Shown one piece after another: positions 19,216 to 28,712 of a stretch of 60,204 nucleotides of DNA. The notes below the pieces were generated by a model, which was not told the DNA's origin, did not search any database, and saw nothing but the letters and a program-made list of their open reading frames with translations. Positions within the stretch are counted from its first letter, which is position 1. Each line of letters starts with the position of its first letter. This stretch comes from Deinococcaceae bacterium (GTDB taxonomy: Bacteria; Deinococcota; Deinococci; Deinococcales; Trueperaceae), in the NCBI GenBank assembly GCA_040256005.1, contig JBDZWC010000001.1:1-60204 (forward strand), in the 5' to 3' direction. The translations under genes were made by a program, and so were the position numbers.

Positions 19216-21657
19216 CTATCGCGGCGAAGACCGCGACTCGGTCCAGCGTCCACCCACCTGCACGTGCGGCACCCACGCCACGCCGAAGAAGCGTACGGCG
19301 ATGTCCCGGGTCGTCGGCCTGACGACGACCTCCTCGAGCTGGATCGCCTCGGGACGCACGGTGCCGGCTTCCAGCGCCTCCAACTCGGCCTGTAGCTCAC
19401 TTTCCAGGTCGGCGTACTGGCGTCGAGCGTCCTCCAGCCTCTCCTTGGCTCTCTGCACGTCTCCGAAGTCCTTGACACCCGTCGACGCCTTGTTGAGCGT
19501 CGTCGACAGCGAGCGGCGACCTCCGAAGATCGCCCCGATGACGTTCCCCGCCACGCTCGCAGCCCGTGCCTGGAACTGTTGCTGTTCGCGCGAGACCGCT
19601 TGTTCCTCGCGCAGCATGCGGCGCTCGACCGTGTCGAGCCTGGAGGCGTACCTGGACCTCAGCCTGGCGATCGCCTCGTCACGCAGCTCGCGGGCAGCTT
19701 GAGCGCAGCGTAGCCGGAACTCCTTCTCGCTCTCGGAGGCCTGCGCGGTGAGCTTCGTCGCCGGGTCCCTGAAGAGGCGCAAGGCACCCTCCGTGCGCAG
19801 CCAGCGCTCGAACAGTTCCTGCCAACCCTTCACGTCCTTCGGTCCTAGTGGTACCGCCGCCAGCGGTGCGAAGGCCGAGCCCGGCAGCGGACCGCCGAGC
19901 GCCCCATCGAGGTCGACCGCGACGGCTTCCGCGCGGGACCACTCGACGGGAGACGGACCCTCCACGGGTTCGAGGCGCAGCGCAACCCTGCGCTCTTCGT
20001 CGACCCCGTGCGTCTGGGAATGGTAGTAGACGTCCGCCACGCCCAGCAGGAACGGGAAGTACCTGACGCCCTCTTCTCCTGGGGCAGGAGGCAGGAAGAC
20101 CTCGGGCAGGTGCGGAGGCAGGACGGGTCGTGAGACGTCTGCCGGCGCTGTGGGGGCGGCCTCCGACCGGGCGATGGGCCGCGGTGTTCCCGCCGCGATC
20201 GTGGACCGCGGGCCCTCGGCAGGCACCCGGCCCTGCTCCGCCGACATCGTCGACTCCGCGGCGAGCCCGGCCGCGGCGAGACGACCGATCTGCTGCCTGG
20301 ACAGGGGGCCTGCCAGGTACGACATCGCCCAGCGGGTCTGGAACACGACAGGCTCGGACCGGTGCACGGAGCGCACCACGAACGTCCTCTTGGGCAGGGA
20401 CGAGATCGTCGCCCCCAGCGCCGCCACGTCCGTTCCGTCGTCCGCGGAGCGGAGACCGTCGAGCAGCCTCTGTCTGTCCCTGTCGGTCTGCAGCCTGCCG
20501 ATGAACCATGTGCCCGCGTTGGACAGCGCCTTGTAGTCGAGGTCGACGGGGTTCTGGGTCGAGAGGGCGAGCCCGACGCCGAAGGCGCGAGCCTGTTTCA
20601 GCAAGGTGAGAAGGGGGCGTTTGGTGGGAGGCTCCGCGACGGGCGGCATGATCCCGAAGAGCTCGTCGACGTACACGAGGGCTCGCAGGCTCGTGGTGCC
20701 CGTCAGCGAGCGCGTCCAGGCGACGACCTCGGAGAAGAGGAGCGTGAGGAAGAAGGTCCGCTCGGCGTCGCTGAGGTGACTGATGGTGATGACCGCGATG
20801 CGCGGTTTGCCGTCGCGACCGTAGAGGATCTCCTGGAGGTCGAGGGGCTGCCCCAGCGTCCAAGCCGCGAAGCTCGGAGATGCCAGCAGAGCGTTCAGAG
20901 CTAGCGCCAGCTTCGTCCTCTCGGGAGAGGGGAAGACGGTCTCCAGGTCCATGACGCCCAGCCGCGTCACCGGCGGTTCCTGCACCGCCCTCACCAACGC
21001 GGCGAGGCTCAGTTCCTGACCTTCCCGCCACGAGGCGTCTATTACCGCGGAGATCAGTAGATGCTCGCGACCGAGGGGATCGGCGTCGCGCCCGACCAGG
21101 GCGAGCAGGCTCGCTGTCGTGTTGGCGAGCTTCTCGGCCAGCGCCTCGGCGTCCTCCATCACCGCTGCCGGTGGCGGCGCGAACGACGACAGCACAGAGA
21201 GTGGTGTCCCGGCAGTCGAACCCGGTGTGTACACGGTCACGTCGGCCGAGCCCTTCAGACGCTCGATGCGATCGGGCCCCTGGCCCCAGGACGCCAGTCC
21301 TTCCCGCCAGCGCGACGCGACTCCCTCGGCATAGACAGACATGTCTGTACCCTCGCGTTCCGCCTCGCGAGGGTCTATCCACGGAGCGAAGTCCTGCGCC
21401 GCCAGATCGGGGAACCGCAACGCCAGGTTGCCCATGTCGCCCTTGGGGTCCACCACGAGTACGGGGATGCCGTCGAGCGCGGCCTCCTCGATGAGCCCCA
21501 CGCCCAAACCGGTCTTCCCACTGCCCGTCATGCCGACGATGACCGCGTGCGTCGTCAGGTCGGAGGCGTCGTACATGAGCGGCTCCGGCGTCCGTTCGAA
21601 GCCGTCGTCGACTACCGCCCCCAGGTAGAAGGTGCCAAGGGCGTCGAGGTCTGTCAT
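19216..21657 (-). CDS. HerA/FtsK-superfamily P-loop ATPase (DUF87-like) with a long C-terminal coiled-coil region
   Basis: I chose ATG 21657 (MTDLDALGTFYLG). Walker A is GMTGSGKTG and Walker B is ALVYVDELF. The C-terminal ~330 aa are Arg/Glu-rich helical sequence. The 214 codons upstream in the track ORF cross the divergent polA promoter region and look non-coding. Confidence 0.75.
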   Translation of the reverse strand: MTDLDALGTFYLGAVVDDGFERTPEPLMYDASDLTTHAVIVGMTGSGKTGLGVGLIEEAALDGIPVLVVDPKGDMGNLALRFPDLAAQDFAPWIDPREAEREGTDMSVYAEGVASRWREGLASWGQGPDRIERLKGSADVTVYTPGSTAGTPLSVLSSFAPPPAAVMEDAEALAEKLANTTASLLALVGRDADPLGREHLLISAVIDASWREGQELSLAALVRAVQEPPVTRLGVMDLETVFPSPERTKLALALNALLASPSFAAWTLGQPLDLQEILYGRDGKPRIAVITISHLSDAERTFFLTLLFSEVVAWTRSLTGTTSLRALVYVDELFGIMPPVAEPPTKRPLLTLLKQARAFGVGLALSTQNPVDLDYKALSNAGTWFIGRLQTDRDRQRLLDGLRSADDGTDVAALGATISSLPKRTFVVRSVHRSEPVVFQTRWAMSYLAGPLSRQQIGRLAAAGLAAESTMSAEQGRVPAEGPRSTIAAGTPRPIARSEAAPTAPADVSRPVLPPHLPEVFLPPAPGEEGVRYFPFLLGVADVYYHSQTHGVDEERRVALRLEPVEGPSPVEWSRAEAVAVDLDGALGGPLPGSAFAPLAAVPLGPKDVKGWQELFERWLRTEGALRLFRDPATKLTAQASESEKEFRLRCAQAARELRDEAIARLRSRYASRLDTVERRMLREEQAVSREQQQFQARAASVAGNVIGAIFGGRRSLSTTLNKASTGVKDFGDVQRAKERLEDARRQYADLESELQAELEALEAGTVRPEAIQLEEVVVRPTTRDIAVRFFGVAWVPHVQVGGRWTESRSSPR

Positions 21658-21882
21658 GTCACTCCTCTGGTCCTGCCGCACTGCGACCCGAGGGTCGAGT
21701 CCTTCGCGCCACCATACCGGCCCTGACGAGGCCTGCTGCCGTCCCGGCCGGGTCGGACCCGGATGGTAGAATCGTGAGCCGTACCCGCCGGGGTCCTCCG
21801 CGCGCGCATCCCAATGGCAAGGGGGCGACCGTCGGCGGGCGAGCGGTAGCCGCTGTCCCGCGCCGAAGACGAGAGGTAACCA

Positions 21883-24657
21883 GTGAAGACCTTCTACATC
21901 ATCGACGGGCACGCCCAGCTCTTCCGCGCCTACTACGCGCCGTTCCGCGACCTGACGGGTCCGGGCGGGGAGCCGGTGAAGGCCGTCTACGTCTTCACCC
22001 AGCTCCTCATCAACCTGCTGAAGAACATCCGTCCCGACTACGTCGCGATCGCGTTCGACGTCAGCGACTCGACGACCCTCAGGAAGGGTGACTTCGCCGA
22101 GTACAAGGCCAACCGGGACGCGGCACCGGACGACCTCCACGCTCAGTACGCCCGGATCAGGCAGGTCGTGGCAGCTATGGGCATCGCGGTCTACGAGAAA
22201 GAAGGCTACGAGGCCGACGACGTGATCGCGACGATCGCCGAGCGTCTGAAGGGGGAAGACGTCGAGCTGCGTATCGGCAGCAAGGACAAGGACCTGCACC
22301 AGATCCTGACGTCCAAGGTGAAGCTGTGGGACCCCTCCAGCGGCGAGCTGTTGGACCCGGAGTCCCTCATCGCGTCACGTGGCTACACACCGGAGCAGTC
22401 CGTCGAGGTACAGACCTTGACCGGCGACAGCACGGACAACATCCCTGGCGCGAAGGGGGTGGGCGTGAAGACCGCCGCGAAGCTCATCGCCAAGTACGGT
22501 TCTGCCGAGGCCGTGATGGAGAACCTGGAGGACCTCACACCCAAGCTCCGCGAGAACCTCGCGGCGCACAGGGAGGTCATGCCGCTGACGCGTCGCCTGG
22601 TCACGCTGGATCGCGACGCTCCGATCGAGTTCGACCTGCAGGAGTGTGTGACGCCTTCGGTCACTCGTCGTGACGTGCGTCAGGTGTTCGAGGAGCTGGG
22701 CTTCCGGACGTTCCTGGAGCAGATAGAGGTCACCGAGGCTGGCGCGGTAGCGCAGGCCACTCAGGAGACCCCCTCGGACGTCGAGGCCGCCGGCATGGAG
22801 GTCGACTACCGCGTCGTCAACACGCAGGAGGCCTTCGATGCGTTCGTGGCCGAGCTCGCGGCGCAGGAGAGCTTCGCTCTCGATACCGAGACGACCGCCC
22901 TCAGCGCGGTAGATGCCGACATCGTGGGCTACGTCTTCAGTTGGCAGGCCGGGACTGGTTGGTACGTCCCGGTCAGGGGAGAGCACGGCGAGACTCTAGA
23001 CCCAGACACGGTCGCCAAGGCGCTGAAGCCGATACTCGAGAACGAACGGACCCTCAAGGTAGGGCAGAACCTCAAGTACGACCTGATCGCGCTCGAGCGG
23101 GCGGGGATAGAGCTCAAGGGCCCGCTGTTCGACACGATGGTGGCCGCAGCGCTGTTGTACCCGGGTCGTCGGACGTACGGGATGGACGACCTAGCCCGCG
23201 ACCTGCTCGGGGTCATTACGACACCCATCACGGAGCTCATAGGGAAGGGCAAGGACCAGCTCTCGATGCTCCAGGTCCCGCTCGACCAGGTCGCGCGGTA
23301 CGCCGCGGAGGACGCGGACATCACTTGGCGCCTCTACGAGCTGCTGGCGAAGGGCATAGATGCCGAGCCGGTCGACGCCGCCGATGCTGCCAGCCGATCA
23401 CGTGCGGCTGGGACGGAGGCCAGCCTCAAGCAGCTGTTCACCGAGGTCGAGATGCCACTGGTACGCGTCCTTTCCGACATGGAACGGGCCGGAGTGAGCC
23501 TCGACGCGGACCTTCTCAAGAGCTACGCCGGCACGATCAAGCAGCGTATCGACGAGCTGCGCACCCAGATGGTCGACGTCGTGGGTGAGGAGTTCAACCC
23601 GGACTCGCCGAAGCAACTCTCCGAGATCCTCTTCGACCGGTTGGGCATGCGGGTGGTCAAGACCACCAAGACCGGCCGGTCGACGGACGCGGAGGTGCTC
23701 GAGACCCTGGCGGCCGAGACCGACCACCCTCTCCTTCCCCTGCTCCTCGAGTACCGCGAGCTCAACAAGCTGCTCGGCACCTACCTGCTGCCCTTGCCCG
23801 GGTACCTCAGCCCCACCACGGGCCGGCTGCATGCGTCGTTCCACCAGACGGGCGCGGCCACCGGCAGGCTCTCCTCCTCCGACCCGAACATCCAGAACAT
23901 CCCGATCCGCACGGCGGCCGGTCGCGAGATCCGCCGGGCGTTCCGCGCGCGCGACGACGACAGCGTGCTCATCACCGCGGACTACTCGCAGGTGGAACTG
24001 CGCATGCTGGCGCATTTCTCCGACGATGCCGAGCTGACCAAGGCCTTCAACGAGGGCCTCGACATCCACGCGTACGTCGCCTCACAGGTGTTCGGCGTGC
24101 CCATCGAGGAGGTCACGTCGGACCAGAGGCGCGTGGCCAAGACCGTGAACTTCGGGATCGTCTACGGCCAGACGGCGTTCGGCCTGGCCCGGACGCTGCG
24201 TATCCCGCGCGGTGAGGCGCAGAGCTTCATCGACGAGTACAAGGAGCGCTACACCGGCCTGGACAAGTTCCTGCGGACCTGCGTGGCGGAGGCCGAGGAC
24301 CTTGGTTACGTCACCACGATCATGGGCAGGCGCCGCGACATCCCGGAGATCCGGTCGCGAAACCGCAACCAGCGTTTCCTGGGAGAGCGCCTGGCGATCA
24401 ACACCGTGATCCAAGGCAGCGCCGCCGACCTCATCAAGGTCGCGATGATCAAGCTCAACCAGCGGCTCAAGACCGAGTGCGAGGGCGCGCATCTACTGAT
24501 CCAGGTGCACGACGAGCTCGTCCTCGAGGCCCCGCGCGGGGTGTCGCAGAGGACCCTAGAGGCCACCGTAGACACGATGAGCGGCGCCCTGCCGCTCAGG
24601 GTGCCGCTCAAGGTCGATGCCGCCATCGGGCCCAACTGGCTCGAAGGCAAGTCCTAG
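21883..24657 (+). CDS. polA: DNA polymerase I (5'-nuclease, 3'-5' exonuclease and polymerase domains)
   Basis: GTG start. The 5'-nuclease N-terminus is IIDGHAQLFRAYYA. ExoI motif FALDTETT. Pol motif A DYSQVELRMLAH, motif B RRVAKTVNFGIVYG, motif C QVHDELVLE. Confidence 0.95.
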   Translation: MKTFYIIDGHAQLFRAYYAPFRDLTGPGGEPVKAVYVFTQLLINLLKNIRPDYVAIAFDVSDSTTLRKGDFAEYKANRDAAPDDLHAQYARIRQVVAAMGIAVYEKEGYEADDVIATIAERLKGEDVELRIGSKDKDLHQILTSKVKLWDPSSGELLDPESLIASRGYTPEQSVEVQTLTGDSTDNIPGAKGVGVKTAAKLIAKYGSAEAVMENLEDLTPKLRENLAAHREVMPLTRRLVTLDRDAPIEFDLQECVTPSVTRRDVRQVFEELGFRTFLEQIEVTEAGAVAQATQETPSDVEAAGMEVDYRVVNTQEAFDAFVAELAAQESFALDTETTALSAVDADIVGYVFSWQAGTGWYVPVRGEHGETLDPDTVAKALKPILENERTLKVGQNLKYDLIALERAGIELKGPLFDTMVAAALLYPGRRTYGMDDLARDLLGVITTPITELIGKGKDQLSMLQVPLDQVARYAAEDADITWRLYELLAKGIDAEPVDAADAASRSRAAGTEASLKQLFTEVEMPLVRVLSDMERAGVSLDADLLKSYAGTIKQRIDELRTQMVDVVGEEFNPDSPKQLSEILFDRLGMRVVKTTKTGRSTDAEVLETLAAETDHPLLPLLLEYRELNKLLGTYLLPLPGYLSPTTGRLHASFHQTGAATGRLSSSDPNIQNIPIRTAAGREIRRAFRARDDDSVLITADYSQVELRMLAHFSDDAELTKAFNEGLDIHAYVASQVFGVPIEEVTSDQRRVAKTVNFGIVYGQTAFGLARTLRIPRGEAQSFIDEYKERYTGLDKFLRTCVAEAEDLGYVTTIMGRRRDIPEIRSRNRNQRFLGERLAINTVIQGSAADLIKVAMIKLNQRLKTECEGAHLLIQVHDELVLEAPRGVSQRTLEATVDTMSGALPLRVPLKVDAAIGPNWLEGKS

Positions 24658-25664
24658 TCGCTCGTCTCGTTCGCTCCGTCGCCGTCGTCAGCGCCCGGAA
24701 GGGCGTCCTCGCCCTCCGGTGCCGGCGCGGGCGCGTCCAGCTCGGGGGCGTCTTCGGCCGGCTCGCCACCCTCGGCCATCAGCCGCGCGGACTCGCGAGC
24801 GAACCACTGGTAAGCCTGCACGTCCGGCGCCAGCTGCCTGGCCCTTTCGTACGCCAGGTTCGCGTCCTCGTAGAGCTCCTGTTCGAAGTAGACGCGCCCC
24901 AGCCAGGCCCAAGCCGCCGCGTAGTCATCGTTGCGGGCGGTGGCCGCCGCGAAGCTGTTGCGTGCACGCGTGAGGTCACCGGACTCGTAAGCGGCCACCC
25001 CGGCGTAGAAGTTGTTGGTGGCGTCTATGCCCCAGCGAGCCTGCGCCTGAGCGAGCTCCAGGAAGTACTGCGCGCCCGGCGAGTCGGGCTCGAGCTCGAC
25101 GACCGTGCGCCACGCGGCCACAGCCTGCTCGGGAAGCCTCAGTTCGAGGAGGATCCGACCGAGCCAGCGGTGCGCCTCGACGTTGTCAGGCACGACCATG
25201 GTGATCTCTTCGTAACGCTGCGCGGCCAGCTCCAGGTCACCGACCTGGTAGGCGGCGTACGCGTACTCGATGGCGGAGTGGCCGAAGAGCTCGGCGTCAT
25301 CATCCCTGAACTCGCCGCCGGCTCCCAGGAACGCCTGCCACATGTCCACGGCGGGACCGTGCCAGTTCGAGAGGCTGTAGGCCCGCGCGAGGAAGCGCAT
25401 CGGCTCCGGGTGGCCGGGAGCCAGGTCCATCGCGGTGCGCCCTTCGGCGAATGCTTGACGCCACAGGGGCCGGTCGGGGTACTGCGCGTCGTAGGTCGCG
25501 AGCGCCTCTGCCACGAGCGCCTCGCCGCGGTCGAGCGCCTCGGCCGCGTTCTGCGGCAGCTCCTGAGCGGTGGCCATGCCCAGGAGCGCTGCCGCGACGA
25601 GCCCGAGCACGTACAGCGCGACCGTTCGCCCGGCTCGGCGCGGGGCGTGAAGATCCGTGTACAT
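24654..25664 (-). CDS. secreted tetratricopeptide-repeat protein
   Basis: ATG 25664 lies 7 nt after GGAGGTG. Signal peptide present. Repeated A..Y..A/G...P TPR-like 34-mers and an acidic C-terminal tail. Confidence 0.7.
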   Translation of the reverse strand: MYTDLHAPRRAGRTVALYVLGLVAAALLGMATAQELPQNAAEALDRGEALVAEALATYDAQYPDRPLWRQAFAEGRTAMDLAPGHPEPMRFLARAYSLSNWHGPAVDMWQAFLGAGGEFRDDDAELFGHSAIEYAYAAYQVGDLELAAQRYEEITMVVPDNVEAHRWLGRILLELRLPEQAVAAWRTVVELEPDSPGAQYFLELAQAQARWGIDATNNFYAGVAAYESGDLTRARNSFAAATARNDDYAAAWAWLGRVYFEQELYEDANLAYERARQLAPDVQAYQWFARESARLMAEGGEPAEDAPELDAPAPAPEGEDALPGADDGDGANETSD

Positions 25665-25772
25665 TCCGCACCTCCGTACGGGGACACACACTGTCCCCGG
25701 AGTGAGACTCTCGCTCACTCTCCTGTCCGAGCGTATCGCGCGGTCATTAGAACGCTGGACGCCCGGCAGACG

Positions 25773-27938
25773 TCAGTTGGACTCGCGGGTGCCCGACGCC
25801 CCGAGAGGGGAGGAGGCTGTCAGGCTGGCCACGCCGCCGGCGTGGCGTGGCGGCAGGATGTTCTCGCTGGTGGTGGGCCGAGAGAACAGGAACCCCTGCC
25901 CGAACCTGACCCCCTGTGCGATGAGCCATGACCTCTGGCTCTCGGTCTCGATGCCCTCGGCCACGAACGGCGTGCCGATGCCTTTGGTGAAGATCTTCAC
26001 CGCTCTCAAGAGGTGCTCGTCCTTGAGCGAGGTGCCGATGCCCTGGGTGAAGCTGGCGTCCAGCTTGAGGAACGAGATCGGCAGGCGGTCTAGGGTCGTG
26101 AGGGACGAGTAGCCGCGACCGAAGTCGTCGAGGGCGATGCCCACGCCGGTCTGCCTCACGCGCTCGAGCACCCCGGCGCTCTGGCCGTAGTCGTCGAGCG
26201 CGGTCCGCTCGGTCACCTCGAGGACCAGCTTGTCCGCGGGCGCACCGGTCTCCTCGATCAAGCGCTCTATGTAGGCGGGCAGCGTGGGGTCGGACAGCGT
26301 CTGGGCGGCCATGTTCACGGTCACGACGACGTTGGAGCCGAGCCGGGACCAGACCGCCAGTTGGGCCGTGGCCTCCCTCAACGCCCAACGGTCGAGCCTG
26401 TCGATGAACCCGCTGCGCTCCGCCAGGTCGACGAAGGTGGAGGGCGAGATGGGTCCCCTCGTCGGGTGCTCCCAGCGCAACAGCGCCTCGAGTCCGACGA
26501 TCTCACCGGTGGCGATGTAGCAGATGGGCTGGTACGCGATCGTCAGCTCCTCGCGCTCGACCGCGTCACGCAGGTCCGACTCGAGGTAGAGGCTGTGTCG
26601 ACGGGCCGTGTCGCTCTCGGGTCGGTAGAAGGCGATCGACGTCCGGACCTGTTTCGCACGGTACATGGCCATCTCGGCTCGTTGCAGCAAGCCGTCGAGG
26701 TCGACGGCGTCGCGAGGGAACAACGCCACCCCCGCGCTGGCTTCCAACCGGATGTCGCGACCGCCGCCCCGGAAGGGGTTCGCGACGGCGCCCACCACCC
26801 TCTCCGCCGCCGCCCTCGCCGCGGCCTCGTCTGACGCCGAGAGCAGCACAGCGAAGTCGTCGCCGCCGATGCGCGCTACGTAGTCGCCGCCGCGGACGAC
26901 GGCGCGAAGCCGGTCAGCCAGGTCACGTAGCAGGCGGTCGCCCTCGGAGCGACCCAGCGTGTCGTTCACGGCCTTGAACCTGTCTATGTCAAGGAGGACC
27001 AGTGCGGCTGGGCGCCCGTTCTTGGCGCTGCCATCGAGCACCGCCTTCGAGGCGGCGCGCAGGTAGCTGAAGTTCGGCAGCGCCGTGATCGCGTCGAAGA
27101 ACGACCGGCGGGCCAGGCGCGTCGTGAAGAACGCCGTCAGGGCGATGAGCAGCAGCGACAGGCCGACGATGATGAGGACGATCATCCAACGAGCCAGGGA
27201 CATGTCACTGGAGATCGGGCCGAGGTCGTGGCTCACCTCGAGGACGCCGGCGACGGCGCCCTCCGGGTAAACCAGTGGTATCAGGACGGCGTAGGAACGC
27301 ACCGATTCGCCCGTGGCCATCGGCCCGACCGGCTCCTCGTTGCCCAGCAGCCTGGTGTCTCTTTGGCCGGCCAGCGACCGCCTAAGCTCCGCGTCAGGCG
27401 TCGGTACCGTGCCGACGAGCTCCCTGTCGTCGTCGTCGTAGACGACAGTGCCGTTCTCGTCGTAGACCCTGACACCGACCGTGTTGGGGTTGCGCCTGAC
27501 GACCGTGTCGAAGTAGGTCCACGCTACCTGGGCGTCAGCCACGTCGCCCCGGACGATCAGCGCTTCACCCCTGGTCGAGTACGCCAAGCCGCTCTGCCTG
27601 AGCACCGCCGCTGCGTTCGCGGCGACCTCGACCGAGCCGGCCTGGGCGACGTGCTCAGCCACGCGCCTGGAGACGAAGCCCGCGGCCAACCAGGCGATGA
27701 GCAGGGTCGGCAGCAGTATCAGCACGCCGGCGGTGACGAGGTAGCGCCGCACGGGGTCCGCCTTGAACACCACGTGCTTCTTGGTGTCCTTGGGGGGCCC
27801 TTGGCGTGGATGACGGGAGGTGGTCGGTTCGCCGCGTGTCGGCGAAGGGTGGGCCGACATCTGGGTAATCTTCGCATCCGTTGCGTGAGGGCGCCGTGAG
27901 CGTCGCGCTATGATGCCCGTCCGCTCGCGACGGTCCAC
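25773..27938 (-). CDS. membrane sensor protein with a degenerate GGDEF domain and an EAL phosphodiesterase domain
   Basis: Two TM segments flank a ~200-aa periplasmic region. The GGDEF site reads RIGGDDFAVL. The EAL domain has intact GLEALLRW, DDFGRGYSSL and EGIETE motifs. Start uncertain (27938 or ATG 27860). Confidence 0.85.
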   Translation of the reverse strand: MDRRERTGIIARRSRRPHATDAKITQMSAHPSPTRGEPTTSRHPRQGPPKDTKKHVVFKADPVRRYLVTAGVLILLPTLLIAWLAAGFVSRRVAEHVAQAGSVEVAANAAAVLRQSGLAYSTRGEALIVRGDVADAQVAWTYFDTVVRRNPNTVGVRVYDENGTVVYDDDDRELVGTVPTPDAELRRSLAGQRDTRLLGNEEPVGPMATGESVRSYAVLIPLVYPEGAVAGVLEVSHDLGPISSDMSLARWMIVLIIVGLSLLLIALTAFFTTRLARRSFFDAITALPNFSYLRAASKAVLDGSAKNGRPAALVLLDIDRFKAVNDTLGRSEGDRLLRDLADRLRAVVRGGDYVARIGGDDFAVLLSASDEAAARAAAERVVGAVANPFRGGGRDIRLEASAGVALFPRDAVDLDGLLQRAEMAMYRAKQVRTSIAFYRPESDTARRHSLYLESDLRDAVEREELTIAYQPICYIATGEIVGLEALLRWEHPTRGPISPSTFVDLAERSGFIDRLDRWALREATAQLAVWSRLGSNVVVTVNMAAQTLSDPTLPAYIERLIEETGAPADKLVLEVTERTALDDYGQSAGVLERVRQTGVGIALDDFGRGYSSLTTLDRLPISFLKLDASFTQGIGTSLKDEHLLRAVKIFTKGIGTPFVAEGIETESQRSWLIAQGVRFGQGFLFSRPTTSENILPPRHAGGVASLTASSPLGASGTRESN

Positions 27939-27978
27939 CAGGGTCTCGGGGCGGCCTGAGAGTTGGAGTTGATCCTAG

Positions 27979-28710
27979 ATGCGGATCTTGGTCAGCAACG
28001 ACGACGGCATCTTCAGCCCGGGGATCCTCGCCCTCGCGCGGGTCGCCAGGGAGTTCGGGCAGGTGCGTATCGTGGCTCCCGACGTGGAGCAGTCCGCCAT
28101 GAGCCACGCGATCACCGTGAGGCGACCCCTTCACTACACGAAGACGCCCCTCAACGGGATGGAGGCCTACCGCGTGGACGGCACTCCGGCCGACTGCGTC
28201 GCCCTCGGCACGCACCATTGGGACGAGGTGGACCTGGTGCTCACCGGCATCAACCTGGGCCACAACCTGGGTCACAACATCTGGCACTCCGGCACCGTGG
28301 CAGCGGCCAAGCAGGCGGCGTTCCTCGGGATCAGGGCGATCGCCTTCAGCGCCCGCTACAGCGACGAACCGCCCGACTACGACCTGTTCGCCCCACACGT
28401 GCGCGAGGTCATCGACCGGGTCACCAGCAGCGAAGCTCCCATCCTCCTCAACGTGAACTTCCCCGACGATCCCAAAGGCGTGCTGTGGACGAACATGTCC
28501 GTCCGCCACTACGAGGGTTTCGTGATACCGGGCGAGGACCCGATGGGACGGCGTCACTACTGGTTCGCCGAGGAGCCTCGGGAACGCCTCGAGGAAGGGA
28601 CCGATCGCTGGGCCGTCGAGAACGGCTTCGTGTCGATCACACCGCTCAGGCTCGACCTGACCGACGAGGTCGCGTTGCGCCACGCACGGGCGTTCCAGCC
28701 AGCGAGCTGA
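27979..28710 (+). CDS. surE: 5'/3'-nucleotidase SurE
   Basis: The N-terminus [16 protein letters not shown] and the GINLGHNLG and SGTVAAA motifs are typical of SurE. Confidence 0.9.
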   Translation: MRILVSNDDGIFSPGILALARVAREFGQVRIVAPDVEQSAMSHAITVRRPLHYTKTPLNGMEAYRVDGTPADCVALGTHHWDEVDLVLTGINLGHNLGHNIWHSGTVAAAKQAAFLGIRAIAFSARYSDEPPDYDLFAPHVREVIDRVTSSEAPILLNVNFPDDPKGVLWTNMSVRHYEGFVIPGEDPMGRRHYWFAEEPRERLEEGTDRWAVENGFVSITPLRLDLTDEVALRHARAFQPAS

Positions 28711-28712
28711 GG

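Noticed and set aside
19216-21657. Considered whether the HerA-like ATPase marks an anti-phage system (Sir2-HerA or DUF4297-HerA type).
   Set aside because: No effector or partner gene is adjacent, the flanks are the housekeeping genes lepB and polA, and the GC content is native. I kept it as an orphan ATPase of unknown role instead.
21658-22299. 214-codon upstream extension of the HerA-like ORF (track 19216..22299).
   Set aside because: It crosses the divergent promoter region and the 5' end of polA on the opposite strand. The sequence is not protein-like. ATG 21657 gives a sensible N-terminus 40 aa before the Walker A motif.
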